Assembly: GCA_015711725.1 (NCBI GenBank)
Contig: JACVIX010000001.1
Location: 1-63,470 of the forward strand
DNA: 63,470 bases
Source of the DNA: Candidatus Geothermincola primus
GTDB lineage: Bacteria; Actinomycetota; Geothermincolia; Geothermincolales; Geothermincolaceae
Direction: 5' to 3'
Below, piece by piece: positions 37,992-47,413 of this stretch; the stretch's first letter is position 1, and each line of letters opens with the position of its first letter. Under the pieces are notes generated by a model. It had not been told where the DNA came from. It saw nothing but the letters and a program-made list of their open reading frames with translations, and searched no databases. The position numbers and the translations under genes were made by a program.

Positions 37992-39194
37992 CTACAGCCC
38001 CAATATAGCCACGCTGCATACGTTATTGGTGGGAACGCCCCCTAAATTATGGGTAAGGCCTAGCTCGGCGTTCTTTACCAGGCGATCCTCTGGCCAGCGA
38101 CGCAGTAACTGATTGTACATCTCGTAGATCATGCGCAGGCCCGAGGCGCCGATAGGATGACCGAAACACTTCAGGCCTCCGTCCACCTGGCAAGGCACTC
38201 CGCCGTCCAGGTCGAAGAACCCATTGAGCACGTCGTCTACCGCGCCCCCCTCTGGGGATATGTGTAAGTCTTCCATGGTCACCAGCTCGGTGATGGAGAA
38301 GCAGTCGTGTACCTCCATCATGGAGATCTCCTTACGGGGGTCCTTTATCCCTGCTTCTTGGTATGCCCGCTGGGAGGCTAACCTGGTGGTAGCCACATAG
38401 GAACCGTCCCATTTGGTATAGCCGGCCTCTTCTCCAGAAGATACCGCTATCTGCAACGCCTTAACCTTAACCATCTCCTCGTTGGGTTTGATCTTGCGGA
38501 AGATTTCCGGGGTAGTGACGATGGCCATGGCCGCACCGTCGCTCACACCACAACAGTCGAAGAGCCCCAATGGATAGGCGATCATAGGGGCGCCGGCGAT
38601 CTGCTCTTTGGATATCGCTTTACGGAGATGGGCTTTGGGGTTCTTAGCCCCGTTTTGGTGGCTCTTCCAGGAGACATGGGTCATGGCCTCTTTTATTTTT
38701 TCCATGGGGATGCCTGTGCGGGCGGAGTAGCCCGTGGCCAACTGCGCGAACATCCCCGGCGCGGTGGCATTAGGTCCGATCATCACCATCAACTGCCCGA
38801 AGGCTGGGGAATTGGGTAAACCTCCATATCCCGTGTCTTTCAGCTTCTCCACTCCCATGGCAAGAGCGATGTCGCAAGCCCCAGAGGCCACCGCATAGAC
38901 CGCTCCGCGGAAAGATTCCGTCCCCGAAGCGCAGAAATTCTCGCATCTGGTTACCGGTATCATGGGAAGGTGCAGAACGCTGGAAACGTAAGTGCCACCC
39001 TTTCCGATGTTCACTTCATCGATATGACTGCCCAGCCATGCTGCCTGAATATCTTTCTTCTCGATTTGGGCATCTTCCAAGCACTCCTTGAACGCCTCCA
39101 CCAGCAGGTCGCTGGAGTCTGCCTCGAAACGTTCCCCAAACTTGGTGCATCCCATGCCCAGGATGACTACCTTATCTTTTATTCCCTCTGCCAT
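37992..39194 (-). CDS. thiolase, archaeal/SCP-x-like type (acetyl-CoA C-acyltransferase family)
   Basis: The catalytic Cys is in 'RCENFCASGTESF'. C-terminal 'VHDCFSI' and 'GGLKCFGHPIGASG' are present. The ATG directly follows the upstream TAA (TAAATG), with GGAGGAGGTG inside the upstream gene. Confidence 0.85.
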   Translation of the reverse strand: MAEGIKDKVVILGMGCTKFGERFEADSSDLLVEAFKECLEDAQIEKKDIQAAWLGSHIDEVNIGKGGTYVSSVLHLPMIPVTRCENFCASGTESFRGAVYAVASGACDIALAMGVEKLKDTGYGGLPNSPAFGQLMVMIGPNATAPGMFAQLATGYSARTGIPMEKIKEAMTHVSWKSHQNGAKNPKAHLRKAISKEQIAGAPMIAYPLGLFDCCGVSDGAAMAIVTTPEIFRKIKPNEEMVKVKALQIAVSSGEEAGYTKWDGSYVATTRLASQRAYQEAGIKDPRKEISMMEVHDCFSITELVTMEDLHISPEGGAVDDVLNGFFDLDGGVPCQVDGGLKCFGHPIGASGLRMIYEMYNQLLRRWPEDRLVKNAELGLTHNLGGVPTNNVCSVAILGL

Positions 39195-40655
39195 TTATGA
39201 CACCTCCTCCATTACTGGGACCGCCTTCCAGAAATAGAAGGTGATATCCCTCTTGGGGTCGTAGTATTTGATTCGGAAGCTAAATTCCACCGGTTTGCCC
39301 ACTGCCAGGTCCTCCAGAGTGCAGTCGGTGAAGTCCATCAGGGTACGCCCTCCGCCGTTAAAGTTCACGTTGCCGTAGATGGCTGGAGGGTTGATGGAGG
39401 CGGCCAGCAGGTCCGAGGTGAAGGTGAAGATGGTTCCGCCTTTGTCCGCAATATAAACTCGGTCCATCTCATCGATGGCGCCGCAATCCGGGTTGACGCA
39501 AATGCGCTGGGGTGGCCATTGCTGGGTGCCGCACTTACGACAGACCGTTCCCTCCAATCCTAGGATTGCCTTATGTGCTCTCCATTCCAGCGACCAGCGG
39601 GTCACGAAGTCTTCTTCGCCGCGTAAGCCGGTATCCGCGGGAGCCATATCACGCCATACTAGGTATTTCTGGTAATTATCCAATTCCGCCCTTCTGGCCA
39701 GTGATTTGGACACACGCGCGCGATCCTGTAATTTGGTGATATTATCGGTTACCTCGAAATAAATAGCGTCGCATCCATTTCCGTAGCTGACCAGCAGTAT
39801 CTTATCTCCCGGATTTACTTCTTCTAGCGCCTTGGCGAGCATTAGCAGGGCATGGGTCGCTCCGGAATCGCCTACCGTGGTCACCATATCATCCTGGACC
39901 TTTTCCGGTTCAATTCCTAATTTCGCCCCGATGCTCTTGCGAGCGCCTCCGTAATAACAGGGATAGACCACTTTGGCGAAGTCTCCCGGGGCCACGCCAT
40001 ATTTATTGCAAAGCCCTTCGATGGCTTGGGGTATGAACTGAGCGTAACCGAAGTCTCTTATCCACCGCTCTTCCCACTGTCGGTCGAATTTTGACCATGC
40101 TCCCCTCATGTGGTCCACAAAGTCGTGTGTAACCGAATAAGACCCTTTGTATTCGGCGATTACGTCGGTATCTGAAACCAACATGGCCGCACCAGCGTCG
40201 CCAAAGAACATCTCCTGAACCGAGCCCATCTTGCCCAAACGACTATCGCCAGCGCATACTATCGCATTGGAGCCGCTTCCCGCTGATACGAACTCGATGG
40301 CGGAGAGCAAGGCACTGGTTCCTGCTTTCAGGGAACCACCGAAATCCGCCGACCGGATGTCGTCCCGAGCGCAAAGAGCTCCAGCCACGATGCCTGAGTT
40401 CTGCCTCTCTTTATATGGAGCGGTGGTAGAGGCGAAGTAAACCGCATCCAGGCTTTGGCGGTCGAAACCTTTCAAGCAGTTAATACCAGCGGCTACCGCC
40501 ATGGTTAACGAATCCTCGTCGAAATTGCAGACCGCCTTCTCCCCCCTGGCGTTCATGATCAGGGCAGGGTTTAACCAACCCATAGCTCCAAAGATGATCA
40601 TTTTGTTAAGCCGGTAGCGGGGCACATAGCCTCCGTAAGAACTTATACCTACCAT
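39195..40655 (-). CDS. HMG-CoA-synthase-like domain (catalytic residues apparently substituted) fused to a DUF35 Zn-ribbon/OB-fold domain
   Basis: The N-terminal 'GISSYGGYVPRYRL', 'FDEDSLTMAVAAG' and 'LKAGTSAL' align with archaeal HMGCS as I recall it. The C-terminal 'CRKCGTQQWPPQRICVNPDCG' plus an OB-like tail is DUF35-like. Confidence 0.8.
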   Translation of the reverse strand: MVGISSYGGYVPRYRLNKMIIFGAMGWLNPALIMNARGEKAVCNFDEDSLTMAVAAGINCLKGFDRQSLDAVYFASTTAPYKERQNSGIVAGALCARDDIRSADFGGSLKAGTSALLSAIEFVSAGSGSNAIVCAGDSRLGKMGSVQEMFFGDAGAAMLVSDTDVIAEYKGSYSVTHDFVDHMRGAWSKFDRQWEERWIRDFGYAQFIPQAIEGLCNKYGVAPGDFAKVVYPCYYGGARKSIGAKLGIEPEKVQDDMVTTVGDSGATHALLMLAKALEEVNPGDKILLVSYGNGCDAIYFEVTDNITKLQDRARVSKSLARRAELDNYQKYLVWRDMAPADTGLRGEEDFVTRWSLEWRAHKAILGLEGTVCRKCGTQQWPPQRICVNPDCGAIDEMDRVYIADKGGTIFTFTSDLLAASINPPAIYGNVNFNGGGRTLMDFTDCTLEDLAVGKPVEFSFRIKYYDPKRDITFYFWKAVPVMEEVS

Positions 40656-40725
40656 TTCATTACTCCCTCCTTTTCTTCTAGATAATCACTCTCCGATCCC
40701 TTTTTGCATATGTTACTGAAGACGT

Positions 40726-41061
40726 TTATGCGAAACTTACTTCATAAAAGTGGGGATATATCCGTCTTAGTTCTTTCTCTATATCTTTCTTCTCGCTTTC
40801 CTCGACGATGCGCTCAACCTCCGATACCCAGAGGCCATTGGGAGTTTGGCGGTCTTTAAGAGAGAGGATATATCCGGGCACGAAAATAAATCCTAGTCCT
40901 CCAGATCCGCAACAAGAAGTCTCCACTACAGCCATCTTTACTTCGTAAAGTACCCTTCGGCCATTATATTCTAACACATCTTCTTCAAGAACCGTATAGT
41001 ATCCGGCTATGCTACGGACCTCTTCACCTATCTTTTGATGTACGTGCTCAAATTTGTTCAT
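40726..41061 (-). CDS. hypothetical 111-aa protein with a 'SCCGSGG' motif
   Basis: Clean ORF 70 nt upstream of the HMGCS-like gene on the same strand. No family recognised. Confidence 0.5.
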   Translation of the reverse strand: MNKFEHVHQKIGEEVRSIAGYYTVLEEDVLEYNGRRVLYEVKMAVVETSCCGSGGLGFIFVPGYILSLKDRQTPNGLWVSEVERIVEESEKKDIEKELRRIYPHFYEVSFA

Positions 41062-41255
41062 TTTAGATGTATTGATCTAACCTTTCCAATGCGTTTTCCC
41101 AAAGACGCTTTACCATATAATAATAACTCATTCTGAAGTGCTTTCTAGTCCCGCTCCATTGAGGGGACAAGCGATGAGAGTTAAGACGGCATTTGATAAC
41201 CGTCGGCCTAATTTTGTACGCCATTCTTAAACCAGTTCTTGTAAATTCCACATTC

Positions 41256-42917
41256 CTATTGCTGCGGCGATAAGGCCCCCTCGGTAAATGTGCAATTGGG
41301 ATCCCAAAGTAGCCATTCCTCTATTCCCAGGTCGTAACAGGCTTGAATCTGTGCCTTCACCTCTTTGGGGCCGTAATTTATTTTGAGGGAAAAGTCCTGC
41401 AGCCATGGGCGCAGTTTGCAACCGGTTCCCTCTATTTTCTTCTTAAAGTCCACCAAGCTCTTATACACGGTCTCGTAAGGGTTTGCCTCGGGAACGCGGA
41501 TATTGTATTCCCCCAAATGATAGTGGGAAGGGTAGACCATGGGGGATAAGTAATCCACGGAGGACGCGATGGCGGTCACATCTTGGCCAATGCCCATACT
41601 TCCTTGACCGGAGGCGGTCAAACCGAAGAGATCGATGGACAACACCACCCCCAAGGGCTTTAGGTTCTCCGCGAGGAACCTACAGAAGTCGGTGATGACT
41701 TCCTCTTTAGCCCTACCATCGTTGTGAGGGAATACACAGGTGGTAGTATCTCCATCGGAGGGAAAACGCACATAGTCGAATTGGATCTCGTCGAACCCGT
41801 TAGCAGCCGCTTCTTTAGCCAGATCCAGGATATAATTCCATACCTCCTTGCTGTAAGGGTCCAGCCATTGCCCGTTGCCCCAAGGTTTCCCGCGCTTGTC
41901 TTGAACCGCCAAATCAGGCCTTTTTTTGGCCAGGACGGGGTCTTTAAAACAGACGATGCGGGCTATCGTATATATGTCTTTATACCAGCATTTATCCATA
42001 ACCTTACCCAGGTCAATTCCCCCTTTGGTCATATCCAACCCGAGTTGGTTAGCTAATTCTACGGAGCTGTCATAACCCACTCGGCCGGATTCGTCTTTGG
42101 TGTCTATCTCTAAAGAGTTAAGTTCAGTTCTCTCTACCAATGAAACTAAGTTGGCGAAGAGCTTACTGTCGGCGGCGACCCATATGGATACGTGCACTCC
42201 TTTTATCTTGGGAATTGGCGTGGTCTTTAAGGAAATCTGCTGGTGGTTACCTGCCACGTCTGTAGCTTCTAAGTTAACCATGGGATAGTCATAGCGGTTT
42301 ACTATGAAGCTGAATAGACCTTCCCTATCAAAAGAAATTTGTTTACCTTCCAGTTTTAACGAAACCGCTTCCTCTACCCTTCCTTTTATTGCAGTTATAC
42401 CGTCATCGCGCACCTCCATCTGTTCAATAGTTATCTGAGGAGGCGTGGTGTCCACCATGAAATCGCTTCTTTTCTCGCATTTTCCTTTATAGACAACTTC
42501 CAGGCGATGAACTCCGTCTTTAATGTCTACCTTACCGGTGATCTCCTGAGGCTGTTCCATATTCATTTCTGCGGTACGGTCCTCGCCATCTATGAGGATG
42601 GATAAGAATGAAGGCTCATATTTCTGCCCGATGTCAATTTTCACAGACACTGGGTTGGATGTTATCACCGCTCTGTTAGAGGGTTCTATCTTCCTTATCA
42701 GAGGGGAGCGTAGGACGATAATCAGCAGAATTATAAGAAATATTATGGCGGCGAGAATGCCTAGATTTAACCAGCCCTTTCTGGTAATGCGGTATCTTCT
42801 TTTGAATTTGGGTTGCGTTTTCTTGGCGACTAGCTTATGGGAGACTGCGCCGGTCATCCGGCGTACCCTCCGTTTTCTAGAGAAGATTCTCCTTCGGTCA
42901 ACCCTGCTGGCGTACAT
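41256..42917 (-). CDS. membrane-anchored putative glycoside hydrolase (DUF4015/COG1306-like TIM barrel)
   Basis: N-terminal TM 'LGILAAIIFLIILLIIVL'. 'GFDEIQFDYVRFP' resembles the DUF4015 family signature from memory. An alternative start is at 42857. Confidence 0.65.
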   Translation of the reverse strand: MYASRVDRRRIFSRKRRVRRMTGAVSHKLVAKKTQPKFKRRYRITRKGWLNLGILAAIIFLIILLIIVLRSPLIRKIEPSNRAVITSNPVSVKIDIGQKYEPSFLSILIDGEDRTAEMNMEQPQEITGKVDIKDGVHRLEVVYKGKCEKRSDFMVDTTPPQITIEQMEVRDDGITAIKGRVEEAVSLKLEGKQISFDREGLFSFIVNRYDYPMVNLEATDVAGNHQQISLKTTPIPKIKGVHVSIWVAADSKLFANLVSLVERTELNSLEIDTKDESGRVGYDSSVELANQLGLDMTKGGIDLGKVMDKCWYKDIYTIARIVCFKDPVLAKKRPDLAVQDKRGKPWGNGQWLDPYSKEVWNYILDLAKEAAANGFDEIQFDYVRFPSDGDTTTCVFPHNDGRAKEEVITDFCRFLAENLKPLGVVLSIDLFGLTASGQGSMGIGQDVTAIASSVDYLSPMVYPSHYHLGEYNIRVPEANPYETVYKSLVDFKKKIEGTGCKLRPWLQDFSLKINYGPKEVKAQIQACYDLGIEEWLLWDPNCTFTEGALSPQQ

Positions 42918-42945
42918 CTATAGGGTGATTCCTTCCTGTCTCCAA

Positions 42946-44034
42946 TCAGTAAGTTCTCAACTTCTTTTCCCCCAGGGACGCTTGGTTGACCCGGGGCAGC
43001 ATGTGTTTAGGCACTGTTATGACATTGGGATCGCCGTCGCTCACATATCTCCTCTCCGGATTTTCTCGGAAGTATTGAAGCCATGCTTCCGATCCACACC
43101 TTCCTGAGTCAAGGGACGGGTGCAGCGCCTGTATTCGTGGGAGGCGCATGGGGTTGAAACTATAATCAACAGGGGATGGCGCGGGTTGAGCCCCCACAAG
43201 AAGGGAGGAGAGAAAATGATACTCCACATCCTCAAATTTCCCTGAGGTTAAAATGGATGGGTCCTTTGGCTCCGCACCCAGAGGAAGAGCTATACTTTTC
43301 TCCTCATAATCTTTAAGATACTTCCTCACCATTTGTATGTTCATGACGATCTCCTGGACCGCTTTCTCATTGGATAGGTTGGAGAGTTGGAGATGATTGT
43401 AAGTATGGTTGCCAATATCATAACCGTGTTCCACAAGGTATTTTAACTTAGCCTCGATGTATTCCTCCTGGCCGAAGAGGGAGGGGAGTACGTAAAAAGT
43501 CGCAGTCATGTTGAAGTCAGGGTGCTGTTTGGAGAACTCTTCCATGATGCCTACGGCACAGTTAGGGTCGATTGCCAGCTTGTCGCCTTCCTTTATATAT
43601 TTAAACTGGCTGATGGTGGAGTCGTCGAAGGTTAATATTACTGGGGTGTAACCCGCGGGTACCTTAATATTGTTGGTAACGTAGTCTTTAAGGCTGATAC
43701 AGCGGTAATTCTCATCGTAAAGCGTCTGCAGGTCTTTGCGGAAATTTTCCACGCTCCGCGACCATCTGCCTTCCTCTCCAATGGTATGGTATTCCAAAAC
43801 CATAACCGATCCCAACTCATTTACCTTCATCCGGTTGAGGTCAGCTAGGATGGAGCCCTCCATGATGGTGCTCTCCAGTTGACTGCCTGCGTCATTTCCA
43901 ATTACTAGCGTAAGCACCAGTGTGAGCACTACAACGATTATCAAAATCGATATGACTATATAGAATCGAGGGGTGAATTTGACCTTTTTCACGGGTCTTC
44001 TTCGGGCTGTAGGTTTTTCCCAAGTTTCCTCCAT
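42946..44034 (-). CDS. membrane-anchored polysaccharide deacetylase (NodB/CE4)
   Basis: TM 'FYIVISILIIVVVLTLVLTLVI'. The NodB motifs are 'VILTFDDS' and 'GNHTYNH'. Confidence 0.8.
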   Translation of the reverse strand: MEETWEKPTARRRPVKKVKFTPRFYIVISILIIVVVLTLVLTLVIGNDAGSQLESTIMEGSILADLNRMKVNELGSVMVLEYHTIGEEGRWSRSVENFRKDLQTLYDENYRCISLKDYVTNNIKVPAGYTPVILTFDDSTISQFKYIKEGDKLAIDPNCAVGIMEEFSKQHPDFNMTATFYVLPSLFGQEEYIEAKLKYLVEHGYDIGNHTYNHLQLSNLSNEKAVQEIVMNIQMVRKYLKDYEEKSIALPLGAEPKDPSILTSGKFEDVEYHFLSSLLVGAQPAPSPVDYSFNPMRLPRIQALHPSLDSGRCGSEAWLQYFRENPERRYVSDGDPNVITVPKHMLPRVNQASLGEKKLRTY

Positions 44035-44327
44035 AAATCCTCCTTATAAGTAAAAATAGTTTATCATTAGAGGTCATTTTTTCAAATAACCGGCACTCGC
44101 TCCATGATTTTGGACATTTCAAACTACCCGCAAGTTCCTGATAAATGTATGAGCTTCTTATAAGGTCGGGGACCACCCACTGGAGTAACCCTTGATTATT
44201 TTATAAAAAGCGGTATGGCGTTTGAATTGTTTATAAGCCGCCATCCTATCACTAACATTGACTAACGCATGGCCTTTTGACCTGTTTTTTTCCATGAAAT
44301 TCCAAATAGAAACCATATCTGCAGATA

Positions 44328-44356
44328 TTGATTTTATCCGCGAATATGACATAATA
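44328..44356 (+). promoter_or_regulatory. sigma-A-like promoter candidate for pabABC (TTGATT-N16/17-CATAAT/ATAATA)
   Basis: Read directly from the sequence. It would give a ~90-nt leader. Confidence 0.3.
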
Positions 44357-44396
44357 AATAAACGAAAAAAGGCATGACAGGCGACCTGAGAAGGTC

Positions 44397-44430
44397 GGCA
44401 CCCAGCCTCGGGGTGCCGATTGTTTGTTTA
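44397..44430 (+). terminator. terminator-like hairpin in the pabA leader (possible attenuator)
   Basis: GGCACCC-AGCCTCG-GGGTGCC followed by GATTGTTTGTTTA. Its 5' arm shares nucleotides with the 3' arm of an upstream hairpin (CGACC/GGTCG, 44382-44397). Confidence 0.3.
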
Positions 44431-44454
44431 TGACGATAAAGAGCTGGAGGCTGG

Positions 44455-45048
44455 ATGAACGGGCAGGTTTATAATAAGAGAATCTTGATGGTGGACAACT
44501 ACGATTCCTTCACCTATAACTTGGTTCAGTTTATGGGCATACTAGGAGCCGAACTCATTGTATTTCGCAATGATCATATGACCTTGCGACAAGTGATAGA
44601 GTTAAAACCACAGGGCATTGTTATATCCCCAGGTCCTAAAGCTCCCAGGGATGCGGGCATATCAAAGGAAGTCATAATGGAAATGGGTGCGCGAATTCCT
44701 ATTCTGGGAGTTTGTCTGGGGCATCAATGCATCGGAGAGGTTTTTGGGGGAAAGGTGGGTAGAGCGCCCTATGTTATGCACGGAAAAACCTCCACCATTT
44801 ACCATGATGGAAGGGGCATTTTCAAAGGTTTGAAAAATCCACTGAAAGCGGCACGCTATCACTCATTAATAGTTTACGAAGAGGGGCTTCCGGCCAGTTT
44901 GGAGATAACCAGTAGGACCGAGGACGGAATAATCATGGGGCTGAGGCATAAAGAATACCCTATCGAAGGCATACAATTTCATCCCGAGTCTTTTATGACC
45001 GAGGAAGGGATGGCCATTTTGAAAAATTTCCTGGAGGCATGTCCATGA
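44455..45048 (+). CDS. pabA: aminodeoxychorismate/anthranilate synthase component II (glutamine amidotransferase)
   Basis: 'ILMVDNYDSFTYNLVQ', 'GVCLGHQ' (catalytic Cys) and 'GIQFHPES' are the class-I GATase triad regions. Confidence 0.85.
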   Translation: MNGQVYNKRILMVDNYDSFTYNLVQFMGILGAELIVFRNDHMTLRQVIELKPQGIVISPGPKAPRDAGISKEVIMEMGARIPILGVCLGHQCIGEVFGGKVGRAPYVMHGKTSTIYHDGRGIFKGLKNPLKAARYHSLIVYEEGLPASLEITSRTEDGIIMGLRHKEYPIEGIQFHPESFMTEEGMAILKNFLEACP

Positions 45049-46454
45049 AAGGGATTGTACAGGAAAAATCGTGCATTCTGCATGTGGAGATAGAGGAGAT
45101 AAAGGATCCTCAAGCTCCTGAGGAACTCTTCGAAAAGCTAGCATTACTGCCCTACTCGACATTTCTTGATTCCAGCCTGAGGATGCCAGGCTACGGGGAG
45201 CACTCTTTTATCGGTTTCCATCCCTATCTGGTTATAAGCTTTAAAAATAATGTAACCACGTATTTTTCCAGGGAGCATGGGCAGGGAACCGCCAAAGGTC
45301 ATCCTCTGCAAATTTTAAGAGAAGCGCTTTATTCCAGGCGGATAGAGTTGGACGACCCCCGTCTTCCTCCTTTTATCGGTGGGGGGGTGGGCTATCTATC
45401 CTATGAGCTTGGCCGCTATATAGAAAAGCTTCCCGCCACGGTTGTGGACGATTATCAACTTCCGGAGATGGTGTTCGCATTTTACGATAAGGTAATAGCC
45501 TACGATCACAATACGCGGAAATCCTATTTAGTGGTAAGTTCGCCTGATAACCCCTCGGAAGAGGTGGCTAGGGCATGGAAGATCCTGGAGGGACCCGCCC
45601 CGGTCTTTCGCTGGGAGAAAAAGGGAAAAGAGCCGGTATTTTCCTCTAATTTCACCAAGGAACAGTATTTGGAAGCGGTACGCAGAGTTATCGAGTACAT
45701 AAAAGCTGGCGATATTTACCAAGCTAACCTTTCCCAGAGATTTAACACTACTCTGAGAATCCATCCGTGGAAGATGTACAAGCGATTACGCCAGGTTAAC
45801 GCCGCTCCTTTCTCTGCCTATCTCAATCTGAGAGAGGCGCAGGTGTGCTCCTCTTCGCCGGAGCGTTTTTTAAAGATAGATGGGGATCTGGTGGAAACCC
45901 GACCTATTAAGGGGACAAGACGCCGCTCCCCCGATCCACGGGAAGATCGCCGGCTTAAAGAGGAACTTCAATCGAGCGCCAAAGATAGGGCAGAGCTTTC
46001 CATGATCGTGGACTTGGAACGCAACGATCTTGGCAGGACCTGCGAATATGGCAGTGTACGCGTTAGGGAACATGCGGTAATCGAGTCATATGCCACTGTT
46101 CACCATCTGGTTTCCACGGTAGAAGGAAGGTTGCATAAAGGGAAAGACGAAATCGATCTCCTGCGTGCCACTTTCCCCGGAGGATCGATTACCGGGGCGC
46201 CCAAGATAAGGTCGATGGAGATAATCGACGAACTGGAACCAACTGCCAGAAGCGTATACACCGGCTCCATAGGTTATCTGGGTTTCAACGGAAAAAGCGA
46301 TTTAAACATCGCTATCCGTACCATTATTGTCCTAGGTGACCAGGCATATTTCCAAGTGGGAGGAGGCATAGTAGCGGATTCGTCACCAGAGGACGAGTAT
46401 GAGGAGACTTTACATAAGGGCAAAGCTCTATTTGAAGCCTTAAGTTCTCTTTAA
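45045..46454 (+). CDS. pabB: aminodeoxychorismate synthase component I
   Basis: Chorismate-binding motifs are 'SPERFL', 'PIKGTRRR', 'FPGGSITGAPK' and 'GGGIVADS'. ATG at 45045 overlaps the pabA stop as ATGA, 7 nt after GGAGG. The track start is 45039. Confidence 0.85.
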   Translation: MKGIVQEKSCILHVEIEEIKDPQAPEELFEKLALLPYSTFLDSSLRMPGYGEHSFIGFHPYLVISFKNNVTTYFSREHGQGTAKGHPLQILREALYSRRIELDDPRLPPFIGGGVGYLSYELGRYIEKLPATVVDDYQLPEMVFAFYDKVIAYDHNTRKSYLVVSSPDNPSEEVARAWKILEGPAPVFRWEKKGKEPVFSSNFTKEQYLEAVRRVIEYIKAGDIYQANLSQRFNTTLRIHPWKMYKRLRQVNAAPFSAYLNLREAQVCSSSPERFLKIDGDLVETRPIKGTRRRSPDPREDRRLKEELQSSAKDRAELSMIVDLERNDLGRTCEYGSVRVREHAVIESYATVHHLVSTVEGRLHKGKDEIDLLRATFPGGSITGAPKIRSMEIIDELEPTARSVYTGSIGYLGFNGKSDLNIAIRTIIVLGDQAYFQVGGGIVADSSPEDEYEETLHKGKALFEALSSL

Positions 46455-46555
46455 AAATCGCAACTCTTTAAGACTCATTTGAGAAGTTCATCTCTGGATG
46501 GGAATGATAAGGCGGCAAATGGGATTGATTATCGAAAATAAGCGAGGGTATAGAG

Positions 46556-47413
46556 TTGGGTTATTGCTATCTTAACGGTAGGTTCCTTTCGGAGGAAGAA
46601 TCCCGCATATCCTGCCTTGATCGGGGTTTCCTCTACGGGGATGGCCTCTTCGAGACGCTCCCGGCTTACCGGGGTGTTCCCTTTCTCTTAGATAGACATT
46701 TTCGGCGACTGGAAAAGTCATGCGAAGCCCTCAGACTGATTCCTCCCAACGAGAAAGAATTGAAAGATATAGTTCGCAAACTGTTGGAGATGAACGGGAT
46801 AGAATGTGGCTACATCCGCGTGACCCTCACCCGAGGTAAGCATCTTGGTGATTTAAGTTTGACCGTGCCGGATAGCCCCACCATTCTAGTGGTGGCGAGA
46901 GAATATGCGGGATATCCCGAGCGATATTACTTGGATGGAATTCGCGTCGGGATGTCCAACATAAGGCGAAACCCCGACTCTCCTTTATCTCGGCTCAAGA
47001 CCTTGAATTACCTGGAATCCTTGATGGCTAGAAGCGAAGCTACGGAGCGGGAAGCGGAAGAAGTTCTCCTTCTCAATACCAAAGGAAAGGTTGCCGAGGC
47101 TTCCACCGCCAACATATTTTGGGCTTGCGGCGATAAGGTTTATACTCCCTCGGAGGAGTGCGGAGTATTGCCCGGGATAGTCCGGGGTTGGGTGCTGGAA
47201 AAAGCAGGAGAGCGCGGTTTAGAAACGGAAGTGGGTGAATTTCCCCTATCTCATCTTGAGAAAGCGGAGGAGATTTTCCTGACCAACTCGCTTATGGGTA
47301 TCATGCCAGTCCGTCAATTTCGAGGAAGGGATCTCACCGCGGAATGTCCAGGGCCAATTACCCGGATGTTGATGGAGATTTATAATAAGGAGCTTTCTTC
47401 CCTGGGTAGATGA
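46556..47413 (+). CDS. pabC: aminodeoxychorismate lyase / class IV aminotransferase
   Basis: Fold-type IV PLP motifs are 'RGFLYGDGLFET', 'IRVTLTRG' and 'KTLNYL'. The position after pabAB favours ADC lyase. Confidence 0.75.
   Translation: MGYCYLNGRFLSEEESRISCLDRGFLYGDGLFETLPAYRGVPFLLDRHFRRLEKSCEALRLIPPNEKELKDIVRKLLEMNGIECGYIRVTLTRGKHLGDLSLTVPDSPTILVVAREYAGYPERYYLDGIRVGMSNIRRNPDSPLSRLKTLNYLESLMARSEATEREAEEVLLLNTKGKVAEASTANIFWACGDKVYTPSEECGVLPGIVRGWVLEKAGERGLETEVGEFPLSHLEKAEEIFLTNSLMGIMPVRQFRGRDLTAECPGPITRMLMEIYNKELSSLGR

Noticed and set aside
37992-40655. Interpreting the thiolase + HMGCS-like + DUF35 genes as a standard mevalonate-pathway entry module.
   Set aside because: The HMGCS-like domain appears to lack the Glu/Cys/His triad, and no HMG-CoA reductase or mevalonate kinase gene is nearby. 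It is reported instead as a probable non-canonical thiolase/scaffold pair.
41063-41421. 62-aa and 64-aa minus-strand ORFs between or overlapping the 111-aa gene and the DUF4015-like gene.
   Set aside because: One overlaps the 3' end of the glycosidase gene out of frame. The other lies in a short intergenic region without an SD. Neither has motifs.
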